NCBI RefSeq assembly: GCF_009914755.1
Contig: NC_060929.1
DNA from: the human T2T-CHM13v2.0 reference genome, Homo sapiens
Length of the DNA stretch: 64,000 nt
Strand: one strand, 5' to 3'
In this document: positions 30,136 to 44,235 of the stretch, piece after piece
How positions within the stretch are numbered: position 1 is the first letter of the stretch
How the letters are laid out: the number at the start of each line of letters is the position of its first letter
Translations under genes and position numbers: made by a program
The notes under the pieces: model-generated
Database searches by the model: none
Told to the model about the DNA's origin: nothing
Seen by the model: the letters and a program-made list of their open reading frames with translations, nothing else

Positions 30136-30454
30136 AAATTATTATTCTTGTTTGTACTGCTATTACTACTACTCCTAATGCCTTGCTACTCTCATCTATA
30201 TTTTGTCCGATACCTTAAAGACAGGGAGGCTCCCAAGCTGCATGCAGTGGTCCAGGTCAGAGAGACTATAATGCGTCTCAGGCAGGGAGGCCAGGAGGCT
30301 CAGGGTCTGTCAAAAATGGCAGGGAAAAGCATTTCTAATGGAGGAGATGGCTGTGGAGAGGAGAGGAGTAAGCAGAGCCTGGATAAAGTAAATAAGTACA
30401 TTTGCTCTAAATGGCTTTCTGAACTGAGAAAGGGCACATGTTCACAGATCGTAT

Positions 30455-31847
30455 TGAGAGGTGACAGCGTGCTGGCAGCCCTTGCAGCCCTCGCTCACTC
30501 TCGGTGCCTCCTCGGCCTTGGCGCCCACTCTGGCCGTGCTTGAGGAGCCCTTCAGCCCGCCACTGCACTGTGGGAGCCCCTTTCTGGGCTGGCCAAGGTC
30601 GGAGCCAGCTCCCTCAGCTTGCAGGGAGGTGTGGAGGGAGAGGCGCTGGCGGGAACCAGGGCTGGGCACGGCGCTTGTTCTGGGTGGGCCCGAGTTCTGG
30701 GCTGGGCATGAGTTCTGGGTGGGCGTGGGCTCAGCAGGCTCTGCCCACAAGGCCCAGGAAGTGAGGGGTTTAGCACCTGGGCCAGCAGCTGCTGTGCTCA
30801 ATTTCTCACCAGGCCTTAGCTGCCTCCCCGCAGGGCAGGGCTCGGGACCTGCAGCCTGCCATGCCTGAGCCTCCCCTCCTCCCACCCCCGCCCGCCCGCC
30901 CCTGCCATGGGCTCCTGCGCGCCGGAGCCTCCACGAGGAGCGCCACTCCCTGCTACATGGCGCCCAGTCCCATCGACCGCCCAAAGGCTGAGGTGTGCGG
31001 GCACACAGCGCAGGACTGGCAGGCAGCTCCACCTGCGGCCCCCGTGCGGGATCCACTGGGTGAAGCCAGCTGGGCTCCTGAGTCTGGTGGGTACTTGGAG
31101 AATCTTTATGTCTAGCTAAGGGATTGTAAATACACCAATCAGCACTCTGTATCTAGCTCAAGGTTTGTAAACATACCAATCAGCACTCTGTGTCTAGCTC
31201 AGGGTTTGTAAATACACCAATGGATGCTGTTATCTAGCTAATCTGGTGGGGAGGTAGAGAACTTTTGTGTCTAGCTCGGGGATTGTAAACGCACCAATCA
31301 GCACCCTGTCAAAACAGACCAATCAGCTCTCTGTAAAACAGACCAATCGGCTCTCTTTAAAATGGACCAATCAGCAGGACGTGGGTGGGGCCAGATAAGA
31401 GAATAAAAGCAGGCTGCCCAAGCCAGCAGTGGGAACCTGCTGAGGTTCCCTTTCATGCTGTGGTAGCTTTGTTCTTTCACTCTTTGCAATAAATCTTGTT
31501 GTTGCTCACTCTTTGGGTCCACACTGCCTTTATGAGCTGTAACACTCACCATGAAGGTCTGCAGCTTCACCCCTGAAGCTAGCAAAACCGCGAACCCGCC
31601 GGGAGGAACGAACAACTCCCGACATGTGGCCTTAAGAGCTGTAACACTCACTGCGAAGGTTTGCAGCTTCATTCCTGAGCCAGCGAGACCGTGAACCCAC
31701 CAGAAGAAAGAAACTCCGAACACATCCAAACATCAGAAGGAACAAACTCCAGACACGCTGGCTTTAAGAACTGTAACATTCACTGAGAGGGTCTGCGGCT
31801 TCATTCTTGAAATCAGTAAGACCAAGAACCCACCAACTCAGGACACA
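30455..31847 (+). mobile_element. Solo ERV9 LTR (LTR12C/E-like)
   Basis: tgagaggtgacagcgtgctggcagccct...ccaccaactcaggacaca; CCAAT tandem module; repeated gctgtaacactcac units; near-TSD gtat/gtgt. Confidence 0.95.
31130..31410 (+). promoter_or_regulatory. LTR12 U3 enhancer/promoter module (7 CCAAT boxes, GT/GC box, GATA, AATAAAA TATA-like)
   Basis: ccaat at 31135, 31176, 31217, 31294, 31319, 31343 and 31367; gggtggggcc about 31383; agataag 31393; aataaaag 31402. Activity not shown by sequence. Confidence 0.7.
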
Positions 31848-32050
31848 GTGTGATTTTCACAGCCGGAAATTGACTTGGAAATCCTTAAGTTACTTTTTTT
31901 TTAATGCAGCTTTTGGATAGCCATAAAAATCTTATACCTTCCTTTAATGTTATTTAAATTTTTGAAATAAGTTCAGTAACAAGAAAACAAGATGGACACA
32001 ACAGTAACTTTAAAACGATTTTCTTTAGATCTTAAAAGATACGTATTTCA

Positions 32051-32383
<333 letters not shown>

Positions 32384-32754
32384 CTACAATGTGAGCACTG
32401 AATCTGCTTGCTGACGGCCAGCTTTTCACTCCTAAGGAAATGGAGAAAACAGAGCCAGAGGTAGGCTACTCTCCATGTCAAGCTTATCTGCTGCTTTATT
32501 TTCAAATACCTTAAGACCCTTTCACCCTGACTCTGATACACCCCATAGCAGGCCAGGACCCTTCTTATTCCAAAACCATAGTTTTACAGACAAAGGGACA
32601 GTGAGACTCCAGTGACTTACTCTTAGCCACACAGCTAGTTGGCAAAGAAAGAAAACAGAAATCGTGCTGATGGAGAGGAAGATTCAGAGGAGGAGGAGAA
32701 ACAGGATAATGCAGGCTTATAATAATTTGCTGTGGGAAATCAAATGATGTGGGC

Positions 32755-32843
32755 AGCAACAAAGGGACTTAAGCAAAAAGATTTTTTAGGAAAAGAGACA
32801 TAAGCAAAAAAGGGACTTCAGCAAAAAGAATTTTTAGGAAAAG
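32755..32843. repeat. Direct duplication of a 41-bp unit (period 48)
   Basis: agcaacaaagggacttaagcaaaaagattttttaggaaaag (32755-32795) vs agcaaaaaagggacttcagcaaaaagaatttttaggaaaag (32803-32843). Confidence 0.85.
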
Positions 32844-33111
32844 CATTCTTGCTGCTGTATGCAGAGTGCAATAAATAACCCATGTCATTAACCCATGTCC
32901 TTATCTCTGCACCTTTTGCTACCAGAACCTAAAATAATACCAAGAAAATATATTTAAAGGTAAAATCTGGTGGTGGTTTGTTTTCATTTGAGTAAATTTT
33001 CTATGTATAATCAGTGATTAACCCATTTTAGGAATGAAGTAGAAATGAAGGGTTTTCTCCCCAGTGGTTATAACAAACTTGAAGGCTCTATGGCTAAAAG
33101 TACAAATTCCC

Positions 33112-33418
33112 TTTTGTTGCTTCTTTGTTGTTGTTGTTGTTTCTGAGATAGGGTCTTTGTGTTGTCCAGGTTGGAGTACAGTGGTGCCATCACGGATCAC
33201 TGTAGCCTCAATCTCCCAGCCTCAATCAATCCCCTCACCTGAGCCTCCCGAGTAGCTGGCATGCAGGAATGCATCACCACACCTGGCTAATTTTTGTATT
33301 TTTAGTGGAGACGGGGTTTCGCCATGTTGCCCAGGCTGATCTTGAATTCCTGGGCTCAAGTGATCCACCCACCTTGGCCTCCCAAAGTGCTGGGATTACA
33401 GGTGTAACTGCACCCGCC
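33112..33418 (-). mobile_element. Alu SINE (AluJ-like)
   Basis: (ttg)n tail; 'cactgtagcctcaatctcc' and 'cctgggctcaagtgatcc'. Confidence 0.9.
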
Positions 33419-34086
33419 TATAGTTTTTTCAAGGGCAAAAAATTACAAGTTGAGCACTCATGAGCTTAGAGTCTTTTGAATGTTCTCCAAATCAAAAGTC
33501 AAGTTTTAGTCCTACTTCCCCTAAGCAGAGAGTTCTTCCCAGCTTAGAGTTTCATTTCAAAGAACTGATGGCAAAGATTTTTCAGGTACAGTTCTCATAT
33601 TTGAAAGCTTCATTCCTTCCCAGCACAACTGTGTGCATATTGACCTAATACAGACCTGTGTTTTTGGTAGATTCTCAGAAAATGTTTGATGGTGACCTTG
33701 GCCTTTGGGACTTGGCCACCACCCTTAGCTTTCATAGCCTTTTCCCAGAGGGAACCAGATGAAAAAGGAACTTCAAGCCTGGAATTATTCTGTTTAGCCA
33801 CTTCTGTTGCTTACCAAAGGCTTTGCCAATGATAATACTGATAAAGGGCAACATAAACACATCTATGTGTGAGTTGCCATCTGAAACTGAAGTTAAACAC
33901 ACTTGGTGCTGACCAATAAACTGTAGTGCTTTTTCAGAAGAAAAGAGAATATTCCTTTTCTCTTGGAGCCATGGAAAACAGGCAATAGTATGAGGTAGGG
34001 GAAACTCCAGAGTTTCTATATAGGAAGGGACTGAAGCAGGAATCTACCTAGAAGAGAAGCCTAGGGGACTTGACTTTTTTTTTTCT

Positions 34087-34421
34087 TGATATGATTTGAA
34101 TGCCCCCTTCAAAACTCATGTGGAAATTTAATTGCTAATGTAATGGTATTGGGAGGTGGGCCCTTTAAGAGGTGATTAGATCACGAGGGCAGAGCCCCAT
34201 GAGTGGGTTCCTGATAAAAGGATAAGTTCAGCCTCCATTTGCTCTCTGTTTCTAGTGTTCACTTCCACCTTCCACCCTTTCACTATGAAGGACCCTCACC
34301 AGATGGTGGCACCATGCTCTCGGACTTCCCAGCCTCCAGAACTGTAAGCCAAATAAACTTCTTTCTGTATAAATTGCCGTTTGTGGTATTCTGTTATAGC
34401 AACAGAAAACAGACTAAGACA
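34087..34421 (+). mobile_element. MaLR LTR (MSTB-like)
   Basis: tgatatgatttgaatg...aaaactcatgtggaaatttaa...ttatagcaacagaaaacagactaagaca. Confidence 0.85.
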
Positions 34422-35361
34422 ATACCTAACACGATGTTTTGATATACATATTGTCAAAAGGCAAAACTATAACAAATTTAGTTTTAAGATCTAATTGGCT
34501 TCTATTTGTGATTCTAGAATTCAGCAGTATTGTATTCTATAAATAGAATGAATGCTCCACTGGGCATGGCAGAACAATTGGTTTTTGTAAAGTGGGAACA
34601 AGGAAACAGAATAATAGAAAAAGGCAGATCGGTTAACATCAGATTACTTCAGGTTACTTTTCTTATAAGGGTTAAAACTGTGGAGATTTCCTTATTATAC
34701 TGACTTAGGCTGACTGGGCCCTTTCTAATTGGTTTCTGTGAATCTTCTGTTTTCAAAAATATCTGGTCTGTTTGGAAATTTACCTGCTTTCTTAAAATTT
34801 CAGTTTAATCATGTGGCACTTAGCGTGTGGGACTCCATTTTGCTTTGGTTTGTTGGGATCTAGAATGAGAGCTTCCATAAATTTTATTTAACAATATGCA
34901 TAATGACATGATTACCACATCAAGCAAATTAGCATATCTATCATGTTACACAGTTACCTTTTCTGTGTGCGTGTGTGTGTGTGTAGTAGAATTACCTAAA
35001 ATCCACTCTGTTAGCAAATTCCCTTATGAAATAAAATATTATTAACTACAGTCTTCATGCTATACATTAGATCTCTAGGCTTATTTATTCTACATAAATG
35101 AAACTTTATACCCTTTGACCTCCATCTCCCCACTCCCCCACTTTTCCTACCCCTGGTAACCACCTTTTTACTCTGTTTCTACATCTTTGAATTTTGTTTC
35201 TTTTTTTTTTTAATTTCGCATATAAGTGAGACCATGTAGTATTTTTCTTTCTGTGTCTGGCTTATTTCACATATTATAATTTTCCTCTTGGTCCATTCAT
35301 GTTGACACAAATGGCAGGATGTCCTTTTTTAAGACTGAATAATATTCCATTGTGTATGTGT

Positions 35362-35398
<37 letters not shown>

Positions 35399-35775
35399 TT
35401 CTTTATCCATTCATCTATTGACAGCCAAAGGTTGTTTCCATATCTTGGCTATTGTGAATAATGCTTTGAAACATGGGGGCACAGATATCTCTATGAGGTG
35501 ATTTCATTTTCTTTGGATCTACACTAAGAAACAGGATTGCTGGCTCATATAAGAATTTTATTTTTAATTTTTTGTAGAACCTCCATATTATTTTCCACAA
35601 TGGCCTCTGTATTCCCACCAACAGTATACAAGGTTCCCTTTTATGCATATTCTGGCTAACACTTGTTATCTCTTGTGTTTTTTATAATAGTCATTCTCAC
35701 AGGTGTGAGGTAATACTGTGGTTTTGATTTGCATCTGCCTGATTAGTGATATTGAGCACCTTTTTATATACTTGC
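34422..35775 (-). mobile_element. L1MA (L1MA8/9-like) 3' fragment hosting the MER31-like LTR; includes (CA)n at about 35365-35396
   Basis: Antisense L1MA 3' UTR and ORF2 end ('gtctggcttatttcac', 'ttccatatcttggctattgtgaataatgct'). Confidence 0.85.
34452..34893 (-). mobile_element. Solo ERV1 LTR (MER31-like)
   Basis: tgtcaaaaggcaaaactataacaaatttag...ccataaattttatttaaca; 4-bp TSD atat at 34448-34451 and 34894-34897. Confidence 0.8.
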
Positions 35776-36209
35776 TGTAGGAGGCTTTTCTTGCAGCTGT
35801 GTTTGCAAACACACTGCTTTTACAGAGATTGCATATGTATTGGGAAGCTCCTGGGATCTTTTCAGAAGAACAGCAACAGCTTCAGCTGAATGGAGCTGAT
35901 GAAGATGGAGGTGGTTAAGCCCCTAAATCCAAGCCATCCCCTGGTCTCTCTACTGAAGACTAAATGAATAAATGAAAGGCCAGAGGGGAAAAAATCTTGA
36001 AAAATGAGGAAAATCAAATGTTTGTGAGTCTGATCTGGTATAAATCTCCGAAATCTTACAGTGTTTAGACCCTGGGAGCTTCCAAACACAACCATGTGAA
36101 TAGTTCAGATGCCTTGCTTGGAGTGATCCAAGCAAATCATTCCATATCCATCCTATGTATTATCTACTTTGTTAATATTCTGTGCTGGGTTTGAAAAAAA
36201 TAATAAAAT

Positions 36210-39200
36210 AAATTGCCTTTTTAAAGAAATAATACCACAAATAGTGCAAAATTCAAAGGTACACAAAAAATATAGTGAAACATAACACTACTTCCTACCC
36301 CATCACCCAACAACTGTTACATTTCTTGAATATACTTCCAAAGCTGTTCTATGTATATGCAAGTATATACGTGCATGTATTTTTATGTAAAATTTACATA
36401 TGACATACATAGGAAAGTGGTTTTTCAAGCTATTTTTTACTGTGATCTGCAAAAAAAAATGAATTTTCTCCTCTGTTCCATTGATGTAGCTATCTGTGCA
36501 CCACTACCATAGTGCTGTAACGATTATAACTCTATAATATGTGTTCATCAGAGCATTCATGCTTCTCATTACTATTCTGATTCAAGATGTTTCCTAGCTA
36601 TTCTTGCTTTTTTCATTTTTCCATATAATCTGTAGAATTAGCTTCTCTGGGCATACAGTCCTTTCTTGCATATCTTAGCACCAATTGTTGTTTATGTGTG
36701 TAAAGACTATTCTAGCCACACTACTCAATTCTCTTATTTTTTTTTTCTTTTACTATTGTTGGCAGTGATCTTTCAGTTAATTTTCTTGGGTTTTCAAGGC
36801 ACAGAGTTACATTATTTGCAAATATGATTATCTTACCTCCTCCTTTCCAACTTGTACATACCACTCTTCTTTATCTTATCTAAAAGTTTGTTAGCACCTC
36901 AAGACCAATGTTCAATAATGTTGTGGTAATGGCATCTTTGTCCCAATTTAATGTGAGTGTATGGTTTGCTAGTTAAACATGACCTGGCTTTTGAGGTAAG
37001 ACAAATATATTTTACTAATGTGATAAATTTAGTTCTATTTGATGAGGTGTTTTTTCATAATCAATAATGGATTTTAATTTTATAGCAAACATTTTCAGCA
37101 ACCATGAGTGCGGGCATATGGTTTTACTGTTTTTTACATATACTAGGATGTTAAACAATATCAATAGATTTCCTAATATTAAACTATCCTTCCTTTCCTG
37201 AAAGGAAGGACATTCTACTGTCCTCCTGGAATATGTTTGCTAGTATTCTATTGAAGATGTTTGTATTGATAGTCACAAGAGACATTAGACTTTCTTTTTA
37301 TTATTTTTGTTGTTCTGTGGCATACTGACACCAGTGTAACCTCCACTTTATAAAAAGTAACTAGAGTCTTTTCTTCTAGAAGAATTTTAAAAGCTTTAGA
37401 GTGATTGAGTCATTAAGGTTATGAAGAGCTCACCTGTAAAAATATCTGTGCCTGGTAGTTTGGAAGACGGATAGCCTGACTTTCCTGTTTTTTCTATTGT
37501 AATTGGTCTCTTTAGATTTTCGAACTCTTCTGGGGCCAGCCTTAGAACTTTATCGTTTCTAGAAATTACATATTTTATCCAGGTTTTTACATTTATTTGC
37601 TTATGGTACATATAAGTCCTATAATCTCCTTTAATTTTCTCTATCTATAATTATTTCTCAATTCTTGTTTTCTTATATCATCTATTTCTGCTTTTTCCCT
37701 TTAAAAAAAAGATGGGTGTTGCACCATTATTCACAATAGCTAAAAGGTAGAACCATCCAAGAGCACATAACAAAATCAATTGTATAAACAGAATGTGGTA
37801 TGTTATGTACAACAGAATATTATTCATACATAAAAAGGAATGAAGTTCTGATACATGCTAAGTGAAATAAGCCAAACAAAAAATGACAAATATTATATTA
37901 TTCCACTTATATGAAACATCTAGAATAGGCTTCATAGACACAAAATGTAGACTGAAGGTTACCAGGGGCTAGGGGGTAGGGAGAATGGGGAGTTACTGCT
38001 TAGAGGACACAGAGTTGCTGGGGTGATGAAAAAGTTCAGAAATCAGTACTGGTGATGATTGTACAACATTTGCATATAATTAATGCCATTGATTTGTATA
38101 TTTTTAAATAGCTAAAATAGCAAATTTAGGTTTATATTTTTAACCACAATTAAAAAGTTATCATTTCAAAAAAAGAGCATAGCACACATTTTTACTTAAA
38201 AATTTTTCAAACACAACTCATAGACTTTATTTTGGCATTTTTTAAATTTTCCAAATTAATTAATTTCTGTTTTTATCTTTACTAATTTCTATTCTGCCTT
38301 GTCTTTATTTTACTTAATACATTCTGATATTGGATGCTTAATTCATTTAATTCTTATTTGTTACAAGTATTTAAAGTTATGAACTTTCCTCTAAGTACTG
38401 CTGTAACAAGATCTCATAGTCTCTAATATAGTGTTTTAATTCGTGTTGCTTTCCAAATATTCTGCATTTTTAGCGATGACTTTCTCTATGAGACTGAAAA
38501 ATTATATAGAGAGTGTTCTTTAATTTCCAGGAGGTAAAGTTATTTTTTTTTCTCTCTTTAACATTTGAAGTTTTGCGTTGGCATGACATAATGTCTGTAC
38601 TATTTCTATGTGATCGACTGCATTGCAGTTTTCTTTGTGGCTTCATATGTAGTTAATTTTTGTAACTGCTCCATTAATACTTGAAAGGAAAGTGTAATCT
38701 GTCTTCATAGTATATAGTTTGTTGTAAAGCTATTAAAACTATCCTTGCTTTTTTTCCATATGATTTCTCCATAGTTAAAAGATAAGCGTTAAAGTTTTCT
38801 ACTGCTAAAGGATTTCTGCCTATTCCTATTTTCTGTAGCTTTGACACCATGTTTTCCATGCCAATTTATTTATCATATTGAACTGCATTGTGAGTTACAT
38901 CCTTTATTATTATCAAGTTCCCCTTTTGTCTTATTTCATGTTTTTTGTTTTGAATGCAACCATAGTTATGACAGCTGCTCTTTTTTTTTTTTGCATTTGC
39001 TTTGCATGTCTTTGCCTAATTTTTATCTTTATTATCCTTTCTGAGTTTCGTTGTTTTAGATGCATCTCACATATTACAAATAATTTGATTTCCCTTTTTT
39101 GTAAATTTGAGTCAATAGGTGAATTAGACAATTTAAACTTTTTATGGTAATATGTTGAAATGTTGTACTCTCATTTATGTTAGGATTCCTTTCTCTTACT

Positions 39201-40560
39201 TTTGATATTCCACTACATAGTCTATTTTGTTATCATGCCAACTTAATTTTTCACTCTTATTTTTTATTTTTGCCTGGATTCTAAAATTTTTCATTGGCCT
39301 TGAGGGCCAGTATGTTTACTTGGATACCTCTCAATGTTGATCATTCTGTATCAATTTTTTCTGAGCTACAGTATGCCCTTTCCATTTGTAGATTCAAGTC
39401 TTATTTTATTTCTAAAGAGTTTTACTGAGTAATATCTCCAGACTTCTTCTTAAAAGATACAAATAATGCATATGTTGCAATTCTTTTGTTTTCTGTATCT
39501 TTCATGTTCTCTCTAGTTCACTCTAACTTTGTTCATTTCTGGTTATTTTGCTTATATCTTTTGTTTATGTGTCTTAATGTTGCCCTCCTATTCCTCACTG
39601 TGATGTCAGCAGTGTTTCTTCTTAGTGTTTATTACAGTATGCTTGCATTTCCATGGTAGCTTTATTTTTCTCTTCTGCTTCCTTCCTGACCTTCAGAAGT
39701 TCTTGTTTCATTTCCTCCTGTGGTGGTGCTAGTATTTCCCCTGATCTCTCAATTGCTCTGCTTCCAGCCTCTTCATTGTTTCATTAAATTCATTGTTCAT
39801 AGACATTTATTTTGTCATAATTTTCTACTTAATGGCAACTTGTTATTGGTGAGGATTCTTTATGTTCCCCTGTCCTCTTCCTCCTTTTGTCTTGTAACTT
39901 ATTTGTATAGATCCTGTGCTAGTTGCCTTTTTGTTACTCATCTTTAAATGAAGTGTGTTCTTCCTGATGTTGGAAGTGATCCAGGGTCTTGTTGAGAAGG
40001 GGATGAGCAGTTCCAGGCTAGCAAGAATTCTCCCTGGTTCAGGGACAAACTCATGATGACAAGACTATATGTGCGGGTTGTTTGAATTTTTACCTCTCTC
40101 CAGCCAACAGGCATTGGCAGCTACAGAGCAGGAGGCAATTCAGCCTCTCTCCTCCACCCTGCCTCACTAGGACACAGACTGATTGCAGCATTTCTGCACA
40201 TTTTCTGCAGTTCTGCTTGCTCCACTTTCCTGTGAGGTCAAATGCGGTAAAGGGATGCTCCAACCCTACCCTCCATGTACCTGCCTTTCCTGTGATTCCG
40301 AAGAAGGGGTGGTTGGTTTTGCCCTCAAAGTGCCATCTACTTAAGAAAACAGTTTCCTGCCAGCTTTATCTGAGACCTGTGTTCCCAAGCACTCCCTCCA
40401 GGAGCCTTTGTGCACCCATATTTGATCTTCACTGCATTGAGAGCCTCTCCAAATATTATCTTTTGGGAGTTAGTCTTCAAGGTTTATCAAATATGAAATT
40501 CATATTTCTGTCCCTGTTTTCTGGCAAATTCTAAGGAGAAGGGTAGAAGACATATCTTTT
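36210..40560 (-). mobile_element. Old L1ME/HAL1-type LINE remnants, antisense
   Basis: T-rich decayed L1 ORF2/ORF1 antisense ('ttctagaaattacatattttatccagg', 'gaactttcctctaagtactgctg'). Confidence 0.7.
37715..38172 (+). mobile_element. L1MB 3' end inserted in the older antisense L1
   Basis: 'attattcacaatagctaaaaggtag...aaaaggaatgaagttctgatacatgcta...ggtgatgattgtacaaca'. Confidence 0.8.
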
Positions 40561-40847
40561 GTCTGACCTTTTAAATGGAAATCCCAATATTTACAAGAGG
40601 TAAAAGGAATTTTGAAGTAAACATAAAGAGCAGCCTTAAAGTTGGGAAATGTCCTATCAGGGGAACATATATCCTGCCAATTAGTCATGGAAGAAGGTAG
40701 AACAATTACTTGACCTTTGCTTCAGTGGTTAGGGACCAGAAGAGCACCATGCAGACTATGTTCTTGCTGTGTATAACTGTTCCCTCCCTGTGAAACTTAT
40801 TTCCCCCAACCCCTGCTTTCCGTTATGTTTGTCCTTTAGAATCTTTG

Positions 40848-40993
40848 GTACCAGCAGCATCAGCATCACATGGCAGCTTATTAGAGATGCAGAATTTTAG
40901 GCTCCTCCCCAAGCCCCAGAAGCAGCACAGGAATCTGCATTTAACAAGATCCCCAGATATTCATATGCACATAAAATTTGGGAAGCACCACTG
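40848..40993. mobile_element. MER5A hAT-Charlie remnant
   Basis: 'accagcagcatcagcatcacatggcagcttattagagatgcagaatt...tttaacaagatcccc'. Confidence 0.8.
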
Positions 40994-43815
40994 TGGATCT
41001 CAGTTCAAGCACCAATTTGCTTCACTGATCAATCACATCAGGTTCCTGTTACGCATACTCATAAAATGATCCTTCAGAGCTCTCGCTCTGTAGCTGTGCA
41101 TTTATTATGATAATTTTTTTCCTATTCCTGTGTATCTCTCTCACTAAACTAGTGTCAGGCTCTATGGCTTATCCCACAACCAATCAATAAATATTTGCCA
41201 AATGACTAAATGGATGTGCAAAATTCATATTTGTATCTGAGTATTTTTAAAGCCAGTTGGCACTGCCCATTCTCCTGCTAGTGGTCTCCCTGCCTCAGAC
41301 TCATCCATGACTGCATCAGCCTTGGACTCCTCAGCCCAGCTCTCAGACTGGCCCTTCCAGAAGTGAGTGAGTAAATGAAGGAAAAAATGACATTGCTGAA
41401 AAATCCAAGAAATTTCATCATTCAGACCGCAGTTCCTCAACATCTCACATATCTGTAAATGCCACAGAGAGATTGTTTCCTGAGTGCTATTTTGGAAAAT
41501 ATAATCACGATTTTTGTGTGGGAAGAAAAGACACTCCCCACAGACATCAGAGCAGACACATCCCCCCAGCCCTAGTCCACAGAGGGTATATTGCAGGAAA
41601 GTCTTACTGAAAGAAAGAGGGGCTACAACAGGGCTGGATGGGTGCTGAAGATGCTGAACTCAGGCAATGGAATTGCTTTTGTCAGTTGCCCTCACCAGGT
41701 GTGGCTGTATGACTGAAATTGCCAGTCTCCCCTGCTGGTGGTAGGGACTGTTTTGATTAACCAAGTAGAAGGTGACGGTTTAAAACTAGTTTCCCAATTT
41801 GGGTAATTAAACCTCTGCTAAATATAGTAGGTTTAAAATGAATGTTCACAACATTGAAACAGAACATGCTAATTCTAAAAATACAGACTCCCTTGCTGTG
41901 AAAGACCTCTCAGGGGAGAACCGACATTGAAGCAAAACAATGATTTCATCCCTCCCGCCCACCATCCCCCAGCCTGTGAACCAATTTGTTTGAAGAGATG
42001 AGGCTCACCACACTACAGCAAAGGAACCAGAGCTGTTACCAGACACTAAGGAAACTAATCACAGAAAGTCAAAGGAAGAAAGGTTATAAGGCTGAAATTT
42101 CTTTTTGTGGGATCCTGTCCTGCACCAAATCAGGCCAACCAGCACTTCTTATGTCTACTCCATACAAGGTATATAAAACTCAAGTTAGTGGGGAAAGGAA
42201 TTTTCATTAAGTCACTTAGAAATGAGAGACATGCAAATGAGAGAAACTGACTTTCTTTGAAGAAAGTGTAAACTTTCTAGGAAGCCTCTTTCCTGAATAA
42301 TTAAATCACAGAGAACCTTGACTCTCTGTGGACTCAAAAGCAATTACACCCAGTTCTTAAACAGAGCTGTTCCCTCATCATAAAATCCCCTGTGCATTTC
42401 CCTCTGTATAACAACAAATGGTCCACAAACCTCCTTCAAAGAGTTGTCCTCACTTGGTGACTCCACTTCTCTCCCTGTTCTCTTTTATCTCATTCCAACC
42501 ACAGAAAAAGCTTGTATTGAGGTCACATGCCTTCATGTTGCTCAATCCAGTGGTCAGTCCTTTCATATCAGCAGCATGTGACGAGACTAATGACTCCCTG
42601 CCTGAAAAATCTTCCCTTTTCATTCATTTGGCGTTTAGCCTACCATCCCCTCTTCTTTGTACTCTGACCTCAGTAGGGACGACTTTGCTGGAAAAGAAAT
42701 TTAGAATTTGATTATGTGTGACCTAATCTCCAGTACCCATGTATTCTATTTTTGAAAGACTTGAATTTTCAATTATATTTGTAACAAAACCGTGTATGTG
42801 GAAATGATGGAATAACAGCCTCTTTTTTTCCAAGATGATATGTGCATCTTCAGACCTTTATACAGATGAGCTCTTTACCTCCATCTTCTAAAACTATTAA
42901 TTAATCCAGAGAAGTGTGTTGCTATAAAATATTCTGTGAAGCATTTTCACTTATTTTTCTTTTCTTTCAAAGAAAACAATATGGCCCAGTTCCTGGCTTT
43001 TGAAGAACTAGAGAAAATCATCATCATTGGTGCCTCCAAGGCTCTTTGGTTGGTTCTGCAATCATAGGAACCCTTACCTGGTCTCCTGAGACATTCTCCT
43101 CTCTCCACACCATAGTACAACACCACCCACACACCTGATGGCAGAGCTTTTAGGTGAGCTTCTCCATCTTCTGGCTTAGAGTTACCCAGGAATAAAGAAT
43201 AGCTCCTGTAGCTCTGAATCCTTCAAATCCCCCGATTGGCCCTTAACTGACTTCCTTAGTGAATCTGCAGACTTTTGGATGGGAGACAAATATGCACAAA
43301 CTATACCTACAATTCAATGTAGGACAAAGGCTACCTGGTACAATATTAATATGTGCCTGCATTGGAGATTTTGGAATCTTAGGACTTAAAGAAGGGTCTA
43401 ATTCGATTACCTCAGTTCCAGATGAGAAAATGAAGGCCCAGAAAAGCAAGTGATTTGCCTAAGATCTCACAGTGACCAGTGAAGGACCAGAGCTGGACTA
43501 GGCTCTCCCGTCAGCAGTTAGGGCTCTTCCCAGTGTCCTTCCTCTTCCACATGCTACTTGCCCTTCACTTTATAGAGTCCTATCTTCTGCAGGGAAATGC
43601 ATTGATACAGTCCCCTGTGCTTTGATCTTGGTGTTACAGTTACATCTCTAGAGGATTCTTATATAGCATAGTATGTTTCACAGTTGGTCATCATTGGAAC
43701 TCTCTGTTTTTCTGTGCTCTTGCCTGGACTTCTTTCAAAAGGAATCCATTCATTAACAAATCTTTCAGAAAAAAAAATGTCTGCAGCATTATCAGAAGTT
43801 AATCATTTAAATCTA

Positions 43816-44235
<420 letters not shown>

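Noticed and set aside
30148-31729. ORFs up to 204 aa and CpG-island-like composition
   Set aside because: Explained by the LTR12 sequence; not a host gene promoter or CDS.
31130-31800. Regularly spaced repeats resembling a CRISPR-like array
   Set aside because: These are the known LTR12 CCAAT and gctgtaacactcac tandem modules, with no unique spacers or cas genes; the DNA is primate.
41720-41745. CTCF-like motif (ccagcaggggagac on the minus strand)
   Set aside because: The 3' GGCGC/GGCAG part is missing; too weak to call without ChIP data.
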